A stretch of 32,000 bases of DNA from Fibrobacteria bacterium (GCA_050294405.1 JBNKOC010000012.1:103031-135030), one strand, 5' to 3'. Positions 18,093 through 26,534 are shown, counted from the stretch's first letter. Program-made: numbers and translations. The notes: a model not told the origin generated them from the sequence alone.

Positions 18093-19933
18093 GCCTCCGG
18101 CCTCCCGCCATAGGCTTTGATATCCTGCCTGATTTTTTGCAAAAGGGTTTTTTGCGCGCTTTCAATTTCTTCAGCTTTTAAATCGGTTTTGGTTTCCAAA
18201 CCCGATTTTATCATAAGCTGCATCCGCTCAGGTAGTAAGGAAATTACTTTTAATTTTATGTCTTCTTCTACTCCGGCAAGGGCATTGGTAAGTACATCCT
18301 GGTTTACATTTCTAACAGAATTAGTGAGAAACTTGTCGGGAAGGCTGGTGATTTCAGGTAGGGTGATAAAATTGTTTTTGATTTTTTCCGCCAGGTTTAA
18401 ATCCACTTCTGCAATGGAATTCAGATATTCTCCCTGGACAGAAATGGGAAGGCTGTCTAAAACATCCAGTACGCTTTCAATGCCATCAGAAGCTACATAG
18501 CGCATGTTTATAACTTCAAGCGCGTTGGCAGACAATCTATCCGCTAGTTCCTTGTATACTTTAAGGGGGATGTTTTGAATTTTTCCCATTCCCGCAAGAA
18601 TTTTTGTGCGCTTGGATTTATCCAATTTTTGAAGTATGGAGCTTGCTTTGGACGGTTCCACCTGGGCTAAAGCCATGCCAATGATTCCTTCAGATTCCTC
18701 CTTTAACAGGTGGAGGATTTGTTGTTCGTTCATCTGGCGCAAAAACCCAAAGAGATCTGCATATTCGCTTTCGTTTATTATGGAGCTGGTTTGGTTTTGG
18801 TAATCTTCTTTGAATTGCTTATACACAGCTAAAACTTCTTCCCCCGCCAAGGGTTCCAATTGTTTTAACCTATTTTCGATATTTTTAGTTTCTTCTTTTC
18901 CCAGTTCTGTGGAAACAACTTTTAATATTCTTTCATCAACTGCCTTAATTAATTTTGTTGTTTCCTGATGTCCTTCTTCACCTTTTTGCTGAATCCATTT
19001 CTTTAATACCTGAGAGCTGGAGGCTGTGTCCCCAATAAAGGCGCTTAACACATAAGAACGCATTTCCCGGAGTTCGTTATTCCCACTGTCCTCTTCTTTA
19101 TTAGCCTCTGTAGATTTTTCTTTTTCGGGAGCTGTTTTAATTTCCTGGAGTTCGTTGATGATGTTAGTATAGGAATCCTGGACCTTGCTTCGCTGCCGGT
19201 TTTTAGAAAACGCTCGGGAAACAATAACGGCAATTAACAAAACAAAAATGCAAATGATGAGTAGGGGTATTAAAGAAGCCAGGTTGTCCACCAAAGGTTT
19301 GAAGGGGTTTAATTTTTCCTCTTTTTCCAACAGCTCGGAATCCGCCTTACTGCTGGGTAAGGCTTTTGGGTCCATGTTTTCAGCCAATTGATATCCCGAA
19401 TTAGGCTTTTTCTGGACTGGGAAAATTCCGGAGCGAATATCCAGCCTGTCTCCCCGATATTCATTTAAATTTGCCGACATGCTAATAAGCTTTTTAATAA
19501 AGGAGTAGTCTTTATCTTCATAGCTTGTATCCACCATGATTTCCACTTCCACATGGTTAATGGAAAAGTCACTTTGTTTTTTCCCAGCCCTGGCTTTTGC
19601 CGCCCCTTCCTTCATGTCATTGGGCAACACAGGCAGCCCCGGCAGGGTGTATATATCATCCAAATCCCCTTCCAGATCAATTTCTTCAGACTCGTTCAGA
19701 AACACATTGGCATCTACTAAAAAAGTCCGTTCATCATAATATTTGCTGAGAACATCTTTTATTAGAACTTCGTAGTAGTGGGAGGCTTTGCGAGATTGGG
19801 CTTCGTATTTGCTTCTATCCTCATTTTTAACTTTAAATTCCTGGCCATTAGCCGGGGCAAAAAGGATTATTGCAAAAAAGGCCCACTGGATGATGCCTGC
19901 AAATTTCATTGATACACTCAATTTTTGAAGCAA
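18089..19933 (-). CDS. Membrane-anchored FliF-like / FliG-like fusion protein (probable true start at ATG 19909)
   Basis: Signal peptide or TM1 MKFAGIIQWAFFAIILFAPANG. The periplasmic ~190 aa end in VEVEIMVD...FIKKLISMSANLNEYRGDRLDIRSGIF, which resembles a FliF/SctJ ring-building motif. TM helix at aa 217-239, followed by KNRQRSK. The cytoplasmic ~320 aa align by eye to FliG N, M (ILHLLKEESEGIIGMALAQVEPSKASSILQKL) and C (DKFLTNSVRNVNQDVLTNALAGVEEDIKLKVISLLPERMQLMIK...AEEIESAQKTLLQKIR) domains. Confidence 0.7.
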   Translation of the reverse strand: MLQKLSVSMKFAGIIQWAFFAIILFAPANGQEFKVKNEDRSKYEAQSRKASHYYEVLIKDVLSKYYDERTFLVDANVFLNESEEIDLEGDLDDIYTLPGLPVLPNDMKEGAAKARAGKKQSDFSINHVEVEIMVDTSYEDKDYSFIKKLISMSANLNEYRGDRLDIRSGIFPVQKKPNSGYQLAENMDPKALPSSKADSELLEKEEKLNPFKPLVDNLASLIPLLIICIFVLLIAVIVSRAFSKNRQRSKVQDSYTNIINELQEIKTAPEKEKSTEANKEEDSGNNELREMRSYVLSAFIGDTASSSQVLKKWIQQKGEEGHQETTKLIKAVDERILKVVSTELGKEETKNIENRLKQLEPLAGEEVLAVYKQFKEDYQNQTSSIINESEYADLFGFLRQMNEQQILHLLKEESEGIIGMALAQVEPSKASSILQKLDKSKRTKILAGMGKIQNIPLKVYKELADRLSANALEVINMRYVASDGIESVLDVLDSLPISVQGEYLNSIAEVDLNLAEKIKNNFITLPEITSLPDKFLTNSVRNVNQDVLTNALAGVEEDIKLKVISLLPERMQLMIKSGLETKTDLKAEEIESAQKTLLQKIRQDIKAYGGRPEA

Positions 19934-20024
19934 AATATTCTCTAACGATTTTTTTCATGGTATTACAATCCCGGTTGGGTTTGCAAAGGTTTTTTAGGAA
20001 GGGCCTTTAAAAATTCAAAAAAAA

Positions 20025-21461
20025 TTAAACGTTTAATTTCCAAAAAATTGGGGCTAGCCAGCGCAGAACCGCGAAAATGAGGAAAATTCCCAATAGATTT
20101 AACGCAAATCCAACACTTGCCATTTTTTTTATGGATACGTGTCCCGAGCTAAAAATTACAGCATTAGGAGGTGTGGCAATGGGAAGCATAAATGCGTAGG
20201 AAGCAGCCAAAGCTACGGCGCTGGTAAAAAGAATGGAATCTTGCTGATTTTGATAGCCAAGTCCGGCCATTATTGGAATGAGCATGCTTGCGGTAGCTGT
20301 ATTCGAGGTGACTTCGGTTAAAAAAATTGTAGTAAGAATAATGGCTAACAATATCAAGGAAACCGAACTTAAATTCCAGGAAGAAAATTGAGCGCCAATA
20401 TATTCAGTTAAGTTTGAAGTTGAAAATGCGTTGGCCAGGCTAAGTCCGCCTCCAAACAGGATCAAAACTCCCCAGGGCAAAGATATGGTATCTTCCCAGA
20501 CCATAAGAAACTCCTGTTTTTTTAGGGAGACAGGTAAAATAAATAACAGGCAGGCCCCGAAGATGGCTATGGTGGCATCGCTCATTAATGGAGAGATCCA
20601 ATTTTTTAAAAAGCCCTGAAAAACCCAACATAGGGCGACCAGAGTAAAAACAGCAAGCACCATTTTTTCGGGCTTACTAATGGGGCCTAATTCTTTTAGT
20701 TCCTTTAGTATTAAGGCGTTCAATTGTCCGGGTTTCAGGAAGATTTCCCTTAACTGAGTTTTCCATAAATATAGCCAGGTTAATATCAACATTATTATGG
20801 ATAAAGGCAGTCCTACTAACATCCAGCTTATAAAACTTATGTTAAAATGCAAATGCTTTTGAACATATCCTGCCCAGAAAATATTAGGAGGAGTCCCTAT
20901 CAAGGTAGCGGCCCCTCCAATGGAGGCTCCGTAAGCAATACCTAACATAAGCCCGATGCTTATTTTTGTGTTTTTATTTTCCCCCACGGTTGCCATTTTG
21001 TTGCCCACTGCAAGAGCTATGGGTAACATCATCATGGCAGTTGCTGTATTGCTGATCCACATGGATAAAAAGGCCGAGGCTCCCATGAATCCCAGTAATA
21101 GCCCGGGGCCGCTGCTACCTACCCATTTTATAGTGGTAAGGGCGATTCTTTTATGCAAATTCCATTTTTCAATACTCAAGGCAATGATGAACCCACCTAA
21201 AAAAAGAAATATTAAGTGATTGGCGTAAGGAGCGGCCGCTGACTTAGAGTCGGCAATTTTTAAAACAGGAAACAGGACTAAAGGCAATAATGATGTTATT
21301 GCCATTGGAATGGTTTCGGTAACCCAAAACACAGCCATTAAAAAGGCACAGGCGGCGGTTTTTTGGCCAGCTGCACTTAAGCCCTCTGGTTGCGGAAGTA
21401 AGAGGATTATTATAAAGCCCGATGGGCCAAGTAACCAGCCAATTTTTTGAGAAGTTTTCAA
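20025..21461 (-). CDS. DASS/SLC13-family sodium-coupled anion (di/tricarboxylate or sulfate) symporter
   Basis: 478 aa polytopic membrane protein with duplicated hairpin motifs (SNTATAMMMLPI and TSNTATASMLIPI) characteristic of DASS transporters. Confidence 0.85.
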   Translation of the reverse strand: MKTSQKIGWLLGPSGFIIILLLPQPEGLSAAGQKTAACAFLMAVFWVTETIPMAITSLLPLVLFPVLKIADSKSAAAPYANHLIFLFLGGFIIALSIEKWNLHKRIALTTIKWVGSSGPGLLLGFMGASAFLSMWISNTATAMMMLPIALAVGNKMATVGENKNTKISIGLMLGIAYGASIGGAATLIGTPPNIFWAGYVQKHLHFNISFISWMLVGLPLSIIMLILTWLYLWKTQLREIFLKPGQLNALILKELKELGPISKPEKMVLAVFTLVALCWVFQGFLKNWISPLMSDATIAIFGACLLFILPVSLKKQEFLMVWEDTISLPWGVLILFGGGLSLANAFSTSNLTEYIGAQFSSWNLSSVSLILLAIILTTIFLTEVTSNTATASMLIPIMAGLGYQNQQDSILFTSAVALAASYAFMLPIATPPNAVIFSSGHVSIKKMASVGFALNLLGIFLIFAVLRWLAPIFWKLNV

Positions 21462-21479
21462 TCTGGCTTCAAAATAAAA

Positions 21480-21827
21480 TCAATCAGGGTAGTGTTTATA
21501 AATTTCTGAAGTTTTTTGAGCCATCCATAAATCTTTTTTTTGTATTCCTTTAAGACTGTGGGTCCACCAGGAGACTTCCACTTTTCCCCATTCCAATATT
21601 ATTCGGGGGTGGTGGTTATTCTGTTCGGCCAGATTGCCAATTTCGTTGCTGAACTTTTGGGCCGTTTTAAAATCTTTAAAGCTAAATCCAGCCTGAATAT
21701 AAGGAATTTCATCCGTTTGAAACAAACTCCATTGAGGAAGTTCCTTTAAGGCAATATATATCTGGTCCAATTCCATTTTTTGGGCGGAACCAGGTTGGGT
21801 TTCAGATTCATTTAAATCAAAAATCAT
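21480..21827 (-). CDS. 4a-hydroxytetrahydrobiopterin (pterin-4-alpha-carbinolamine) dehydratase
   Basis: 115 aa with the core PCD motif FKDFKTAQKFSNEIGNLAEQNNHHPRIILEWGKVEVSWWTH. Confidence 0.88.
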   Translation of the reverse strand: MIFDLNESETQPGSAQKMELDQIYIALKELPQWSLFQTDEIPYIQAGFSFKDFKTAQKFSNEIGNLAEQNNHHPRIILEWGKVEVSWWTHSLKGIQKKDLWMAQKTSEIYKHYPD

Positions 21828-21841
21828 TATTTTCCCCCTAT

Positions 21842-22276
21842 TTATTTTTTACGGATATTTAAAATGAGTTGATCTAAACTCCGCCTTCCCCCACCGGAAA
21901 AAGCATAGTAAAGACTCATTACCATCAATTCAATGGGGTGAGAAAATTTATTAAACCCGTCTGCCTGGCTAATGTGCTTAATAGAAGCGACTAACATGGT
22001 AAAAGCAATTAAGGCTGCCGCTGGCCTGGTGAATAATCCCAGGAGCAGTAAAATGCCTCCTCCAAATTCGGCAAAACTGGCCATAAATCCCCAAAATACT
22101 GGGAAAAAATGGATACCTAATTCTCCCATGGCTCCTCCAAGCTTTTCCCACATTGGGACACCGCCTATTATTTTCGGATAGCCGTGAACAATGAAGCTTA
22201 TTCCCAAAACAGCCCTGATAGCAAGAAGCAAGGGTTCTGAATTTTTATAGCTAAAGAGAGATTCTTTAAATTTCAT
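21842..22276 (-). CDS. DoxX-family membrane protein
   Basis: 144 aa with four hydrophobic helices and the DoxX-like pattern RAVLGISFIVHGYPKI...FAEFGGGILLLLGLFTRPAA. Confidence 0.8.
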   Translation of the reverse strand: MKFKESLFSYKNSEPLLLAIRAVLGISFIVHGYPKIIGGVPMWEKLGGAMGELGIHFFPVFWGFMASFAEFGGGILLLLGLFTRPAAALIAFTMLVASIKHISQADGFNKFSHPIELMVMSLYYAFSGGGRRSLDQLILNIRKK

Positions 22277-22330
22277 TTTTGCACCCCTAAAGGAAATTAC
22301 AAAAATTCAAATGAAAAGGGTGTTTGTGAA

Positions 22331-23305
22331 CTAAATCCAATGTTTTTTGCGGAATAAAAACAACTGGCCAACCACCACAAGGGTAAGAATAAGGCAAAAA
22401 ATCCAAAAAGCCCACTGGTTATCCGCTCCAGGTATTCCGCCCACATTAATGCCTAACATGCCCGTTAAAAAACCCAATGGAAGAAAAACCGCCGCAATGA
22501 TGGAAAGTACATACATGCGGTTGTTTAGTTGATCGGCTAATTGGTTGCTTATTTGGTCTGCGATTACCGTTGCTCTTTCCCTTATGGATTCTAAATCTTC
22601 AAGGTACCGGGTCTGCTGATCCACAATTTCCCTCAGGCGAAAATTATCTTTTTGAGACATCCAACTCATTTCCTCTGATAATATCTTCCAAAGGGCTTCT
22701 TTTTGAGGATGTAAGTAACGCCTCAATAATATTGCTTTTTTCCTAATTTGGGATAAGTCGTCCCTAATTTGGCTGGTAACTCCATTTAGAGTTTCTTCTT
22801 CCAGGTCTCCAATTTTTTCTTCCGCGGTTTCAATGGTATTTTCCATTCTGACAGTTAATCGGAAACACAAATCCACCAAAAATTCTCCTGAGTTTCTCGG
22901 GCCCCTGTTTTCTTTTAAAGCCTGGAAAATATCCTGGATAGATAACATTTTCCGTTTGCGGGAGGTGATGATTAAGTTGTTGGAAATAAAGCTGCGAAGG
23001 GAAACCATATCTTCCGGGTTCTCTCCGGGGTTTAAGTTAACCCCCCGCAAGGTTAGCAATAGATAATCCTCTGTGCCGTGGCTTCGGGGGCGTGTTTCTT
23101 CGGCCAAGAGGGCGCTTTTGGAAATGCCGTCCAGATTGGGATGTTTTAATATCCAGTTTTTTGCATCAGGATTGGAATAATCTAAATGTATCCATAGAAT
23201 TCCTTCCCAAGGGTGATATTGGGTAATATGTTCTGCGTCGAGGGAAAGCATTCCTCCCTTTGCATCCAAAAAACAAGAAAAAATAAAAGGGTTACTATTT
23301 GGCAT
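22331..23305 (-). CDS. zntB: CorA/ZntB-family divalent metal transporter
   Basis: 324 aa with a large cytoplasmic N-domain and two C-terminal TM helices bracketing FLTGMLGINVGGIPG, a ZntB-like variant of the CorA GxN motif. Confidence 0.8.
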   Translation of the reverse strand: MPNSNPFIFSCFLDAKGGMLSLDAEHITQYHPWEGILWIHLDYSNPDAKNWILKHPNLDGISKSALLAEETRPRSHGTEDYLLLTLRGVNLNPGENPEDMVSLRSFISNNLIITSRKRKMLSIQDIFQALKENRGPRNSGEFLVDLCFRLTVRMENTIETAEEKIGDLEEETLNGVTSQIRDDLSQIRKKAILLRRYLHPQKEALWKILSEEMSWMSQKDNFRLREIVDQQTRYLEDLESIRERATVIADQISNQLADQLNNRMYVLSIIAAVFLPLGFLTGMLGINVGGIPGADNQWAFWIFCLILTLVVVGQLFLFRKKHWI

Positions 23306-23311
23306 AGGCTT

Positions 23312-24082
23312 TTAAAAAGGAAGTTGGGTAATGGGAATGCATTTGTCTTCCCCCACAATCATGGTATGTTCATGTTGGGCTGCAAAACTCCCATGTTCAG
23401 TGCTCAGGGACCAGCCGTCTTTGCCTTCAATTACAAAATTATCATCTTCAGCCAAAAAGGGTTCCAGAGTTATTACCATATTTGTGCCTAGCACTCTCTT
23501 TTCTTTTGAAGAGTAAAAGGGAAGTATTTCATTTGGATATTCATGCAACGACTTTCCCACCCCATGGCTGCATAAATTTTTAATTATGTGGTAGCCTTTT
23601 TGGTGGGCGAAATTTTCAAAATGAGCCCCGATTTTTTTGAGGGGAGTTCCGGATTCAATAAATTCCACAGCGCCCATTAAAGCTTCGTAGGTGGAATTGC
23701 AAAGGTCCTGGATTTCCTCTGTAAAGGGAGGAATTTGAAAAGAATGTCCGGTATCCGCGAAATAGCCGTTTACTTTGGCAGATACATCGATGTTTATCAA
23801 ATCGCCTTCCTCAAGGATGACATGGTGGCTGGGAATACCGTGTGCGGCCACCTGATTCACGCTTATGCAGGTGTAACCGGGAAACTTGTAACAAAGTTGG
23901 GGGGCGGATTCCGCTTTGTATTTTTTAAATAGAGAAGCGGCGTAATCATCTAGCTCTTTGGTGGTGACGCCCGCTTTGGCTCTGTGTTTTAACTCCGCTA
24001 AAATTTCCGAGACAATGTTAGCTGCATGGCGAATACCCAAATGATCGGATTGATTTCTCAAAGTCATAATTACACCTACCAA
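23312..24082 (-). CDS. map: Type I methionine aminopeptidase
   Basis: 256 aa with the pita-bread fold metal-ligand pattern (CISVNQVAAHGIP, INIDVSAKVNGYFADTGHSF, HGVGKSLHE, TLEP, QHEHT). An alternative ATG lies at 24067. Confidence 0.92.
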   Translation of the reverse strand: MVGVIMTLRNQSDHLGIRHAANIVSEILAELKHRAKAGVTTKELDDYAASLFKKYKAESAPQLCYKFPGYTCISVNQVAAHGIPSHHVILEEGDLINIDVSAKVNGYFADTGHSFQIPPFTEEIQDLCNSTYEALMGAVEFIESGTPLKKIGAHFENFAHQKGYHIIKNLCSHGVGKSLHEYPNEILPFYSSKEKRVLGTNMVITLEPFLAEDDNFVIEGKDGWSLSTEHGSFAAQHEHTMIVGEDKCIPITQLPF

Positions 24083-24441
24083 TACATAGATAATATTTTA
24101 GGAATAAAAATAAAAATTCCCAGAATAACAGATAAAATAGCCCCAAGTAGTACAGCTCCTGCGGCCATGTCTTTTATGGCGCCAAGGCTAGGCTTTTTTT
24201 CCAGAGAAATTTCGTCCACAATTTTTTCAATGGAAGTATTAATGGTTTCCAGGGATATAACAAAAAAAATAACCGAAATAACAAATAGTAACTCTATTCT
24301 GGAAATTTTTAGCCACCAGGATAATAAAAGTCCAATGCAACTCATCAAAAGATGAATTTTCATATTCTGGCCTTCACGAATGGCCAAGTATATGCCATTA
24401 GCCGCATATTTGAAACTTTTTATTAACTTGATAAAATCCAT
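24076..24441 (-). CDS. dgkA: Diacylglycerol kinase / undecaprenol kinase family (DgkA)
   Basis: 121 aa with three TM helices and the conserved motifs FKYAANGI, SLETINTSIE and IKDMAAGAVL. Confidence 0.88.
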   Translation of the reverse strand: MDFIKLIKSFKYAANGIYLAIREGQNMKIHLLMSCIGLLLSWWLKISRIELLFVISVIFFVISLETINTSIEKIVDEISLEKKPSLGAIKDMAAGAVLLGAILSVILGIFIFIPKILSMYW

Positions 24442-24544
24442 TTATGCTCAAAGGCCTTATTCAAAGGTTTTGTTTAAACATAATTTATTGATGGGATACA
24501 ATCCAGAAATACCTCCATTGCAGTGCTTGGAAACATACAGATTT

Positions 24545-25240
24545 TTACCAGTTGAAGCTATATCGAATTCCTGTGCTTCCTGAAAAAAAAATGGGGCTAA
24601 GATACCCAATCTTCATTTTTTCTGACGGACCATTTTTATGGGTAGATCCAAAATGTTTAAATATTTCAGCCATAGTGGTTCCAAGAATGACTCCCGCTAA
24701 TAGGTCTGCGGGGTAATGCCCAGCTTCATATATTCGGGACCAGGCTAATGTTGCAGCATATCCATACCATATGGCTTTATATCCTGTTATTTCCGAAAAA
24801 TAATGGGCGCTAAAACCTATTAATGTCAGGGATAATGAAGGCATGCTGTATTTTTCAGAAGGAACTAAATCCGTAACAAAACCTTCATTGGAATGACGGC
24901 CTTTTGCCTCTTCCAGGGCATATATTGGTCGTTTTCTTTTAAAAGAAGCTTTTAAAATCTGATTGATTGTCAAACTGGCAGCTAAACCATAAAATCCATA
25001 ATAGGCGGCGTGTTTTAAGGAGTCATTATTACTCTTGCTTCCAAGTCCATATGTATAGCAAAGGGCGATAGGGCTTACAACCTGCATATAATAAATACCT
25101 GTGGAAAGCCAGTCTAAATGGGGGTGGCCGGGATCGTTGATATTTAAAAAAAGACGTTCATCCGTATTTTCGCTATGGCTTAGGGCTACAAGGCCCAGTA
25201 CTAAAGTAAAACTTAAAATTCTAAAAGGGCCCAAATTCAT
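24545..25240 (-). CDS. PAP2-family (type 2 phosphatidic acid phosphatase-like) membrane phosphatase
   Basis: 231 aa. It has the C1 motif KRKRP and the C3 motif SRIYEAGHYPADLLAG. C2 is divergent: PSLS instead of PSGH. Confidence 0.75.
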   Translation of the reverse strand: MNLGPFRILSFTLVLGLVALSHSENTDERLFLNINDPGHPHLDWLSTGIYYMQVVSPIALCYTYGLGSKSNNDSLKHAAYYGFYGLAASLTINQILKASFKRKRPIYALEEAKGRHSNEGFVTDLVPSEKYSMPSLSLTLIGFSAHYFSEITGYKAIWYGYAATLAWSRIYEAGHYPADLLAGVILGTTMAEIFKHFGSTHKNGPSEKMKIGYLSPIFFSGSTGIRYSFNW

Positions 25241-25272
25241 TTGCCTAATTGCATTCTTTTCTGGGGTTATTA

Positions 25273-25301
25273 TTGAACAAAAGCATGGAAATGGTTAATA
25301 T
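25273..25301 (+). promoter_or_regulatory. Sigma-70-like promoter candidate for the RRM gene
   Basis: TTGAAC (25273-25278), a 17-nt spacer, then TAATAT (25296-25301), ending 29 nt upstream of the ATG. Confidence 0.45.
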
Positions 25302-25330
25302 ACCATTATTCATCAACCTCTGAGTGATTT

Positions 25331-25612
25331 ATGGAAATTTATGTCGCAAACATCGGGTATACAGTATCTAAAGAAGATTTGGAAAAATTATTTGGTAAAT
25401 TTGGAGAAGTTTCCAAAGTTCGATTGGTTGAAGAAGACGGTTACAATAAGGGCTGGGGTTTTGTTACCATGGAAGATGAAGAGGCCGCTCAGAGAGCCAT
25501 TAAAGCTTTAAACTTGAAAAGCTTTAAGGGCAAAAATTTAAAAGTGGCCAAGTATAGGCCCAAATCCAAAGATCCCAATCGTCCTCAATTTGGCCAGTGG
25601 ATTCCAAAATAA
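25331..25612 (+). CDS. RRM-type RNA-binding protein
   Basis: 93 aa with RNP2 IYVANI and RNP1 KGWGFVTM, plus a basic C-terminal tail. Confidence 0.9.
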   Translation: MEIYVANIGYTVSKEDLEKLFGKFGEVSKVRLVEEDGYNKGWGFVTMEDEEAAQRAIKALNLKSFKGKNLKVAKYRPKSKDPNRPQFGQWIPK

Positions 25613-25650
25613 GGCAACAAAGCCCTAAGCCGAAGAAGGGAATTTTTGCC
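25613..25650. terminator. Hairpin between convergent genes; possible bidirectional terminator
   Basis: GGCAACAAAGCCCT (25613-25626) pairs imperfectly (11 of 14 positions) with AGGGAATTTTTGCC (25637-25650). On the minus strand the stem is followed by TTATTTTGG. Confidence 0.45.
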
Positions 25651-25656
25651 AACCCT

Positions 25657-26460
25657 TTATAGTTTTGCGCCGCATTTTTTGCAATAGAAGGCATCTATTT
25701 CATGGCCTTCATAGCTGCAACTTGGACAGGCCTGAGTTGAAATAAAATCTTGTTTGCTCTGGCTGAGCTCTGCAGACACAATCCCTGTGGGAACAGCTAA
25801 AATTCCAAATCCCATTACCATTACTATTGATGATAAAAATTGCCCCAGCACAGTTTGAGGGGTGACATCCCCATAACCCACAGTGGTGAGAGTGACTATG
25901 GCCCAGTATATGCCTTTTGGGATAGAAGTGAAACCGTTTTTTTCACCCTCTACCAGATACATCAGGCTTCCGATTATAATAACCAAAGTGAGAACACCAA
26001 TTAAAAACACAGTGATTTTTGGACTGGCTGCTTTCAAGGCCCTGGTTAAAATTTGACCTGCTTTTAAGTAACGCCCCAGCTTAAATATTCTGAATATTCT
26101 AACTAAACGAATGGCGCGTATTATCAACAGGTAATGGAAATCTTGCAGAAACAGGCTTAGGTATGTTGGCAGCAAACTCAGCAAATCTACAATTCCATAG
26201 AAACTGAAAATGTATTTGCTTGGGCGCTCAATGGAAATAATCCGCAGGCCGTATTCTAGGGTAAACAAAATAGTGATTACCCATTCTAAAATACGCAGTT
26301 CCCTGCCAAAGGCCAGGTTAAAACTCTTTACGCTTTCTAACATCACCGCAAGGATACTAATTCCAATTGCCCCCAAAAGGGCCACATCAAAGGCTTTTCC
26401 CATAGGGGTGTCTGCCTCATAGATAACGGTATGTAGAGTTTGTCGCCACTTTGATTTCAT
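25657..26460 (-). CDS. Voltage-gated-type (6TM) potassium channel with a C-terminal zinc-ribbon
   Basis: 267 aa. S4-like helix IIRAIRLVRIFRIFKLGRYLK, selectivity filter TTVGYGD, and a C-terminal CPSC-x12-CKKC motif. Confidence 0.88.
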   Translation of the reverse strand: MKSKWRQTLHTVIYEADTPMGKAFDVALLGAIGISILAVMLESVKSFNLAFGRELRILEWVITILFTLEYGLRIISIERPSKYIFSFYGIVDLLSLLPTYLSLFLQDFHYLLIIRAIRLVRIFRIFKLGRYLKAGQILTRALKAASPKITVFLIGVLTLVIIIGSLMYLVEGEKNGFTSIPKGIYWAIVTLTTVGYGDVTPQTVLGQFLSSIVMVMGFGILAVPTGIVSAELSQSKQDFISTQACPSCSYEGHEIDAFYCKKCGAKL

Positions 26461-26534
26461 GGAGATAAATTAAATAAATAACGGCTGCCTGTTACGCAAT
26501 TCGCATTTCAGATGCATTTTTTTTAAAATGATCC

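Noticed and set aside
17307-19739. Plus-strand ORFs inside the motor operon (17307-17540, 17548-17853, 17996-18181, 18117-18500, 19185-19391, 19536-19739)
   Set aside because: All are antisense to longer, motif-supported minus-strand genes. They have low-complexity Ser/Leu-rich translations.
14887-19933. A Tol-Pal or ExbBD-TonB system, or a fragment of a canonical flagellar gene cluster
   Set aside because: The B subunit has an OmpA-type peptidoglycan-binding domain and the MotB-style YGD channel motif, unlike TolR/ExbD. No TolA/TolB/Pal or TonB-like protein is present. No fliM, fliN, flhA or other flagellar structural gene lies within 32 kb. A link to a distant flagellar regulon cannot be excluded from this window alone.
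19934-20024. A sigma-28 or sigma-54 flagellar-type promoter upstream of the FliF/FliG-like gene
   Set aside because: I searched the minus strand for TAAA-N15-GCCGATAA and for GG-N10-GC and found no acceptable match. Only weak sigma-70-like hexamers are present (TTGAAT-17-TAAAAA). Read-through from the upstream DASS gene is also possible.
24026-24355. A 109-aa plus-strand ORF
   Set aside because: It is antisense to dgkA and the map start, and both of those genes have clear family motifs.
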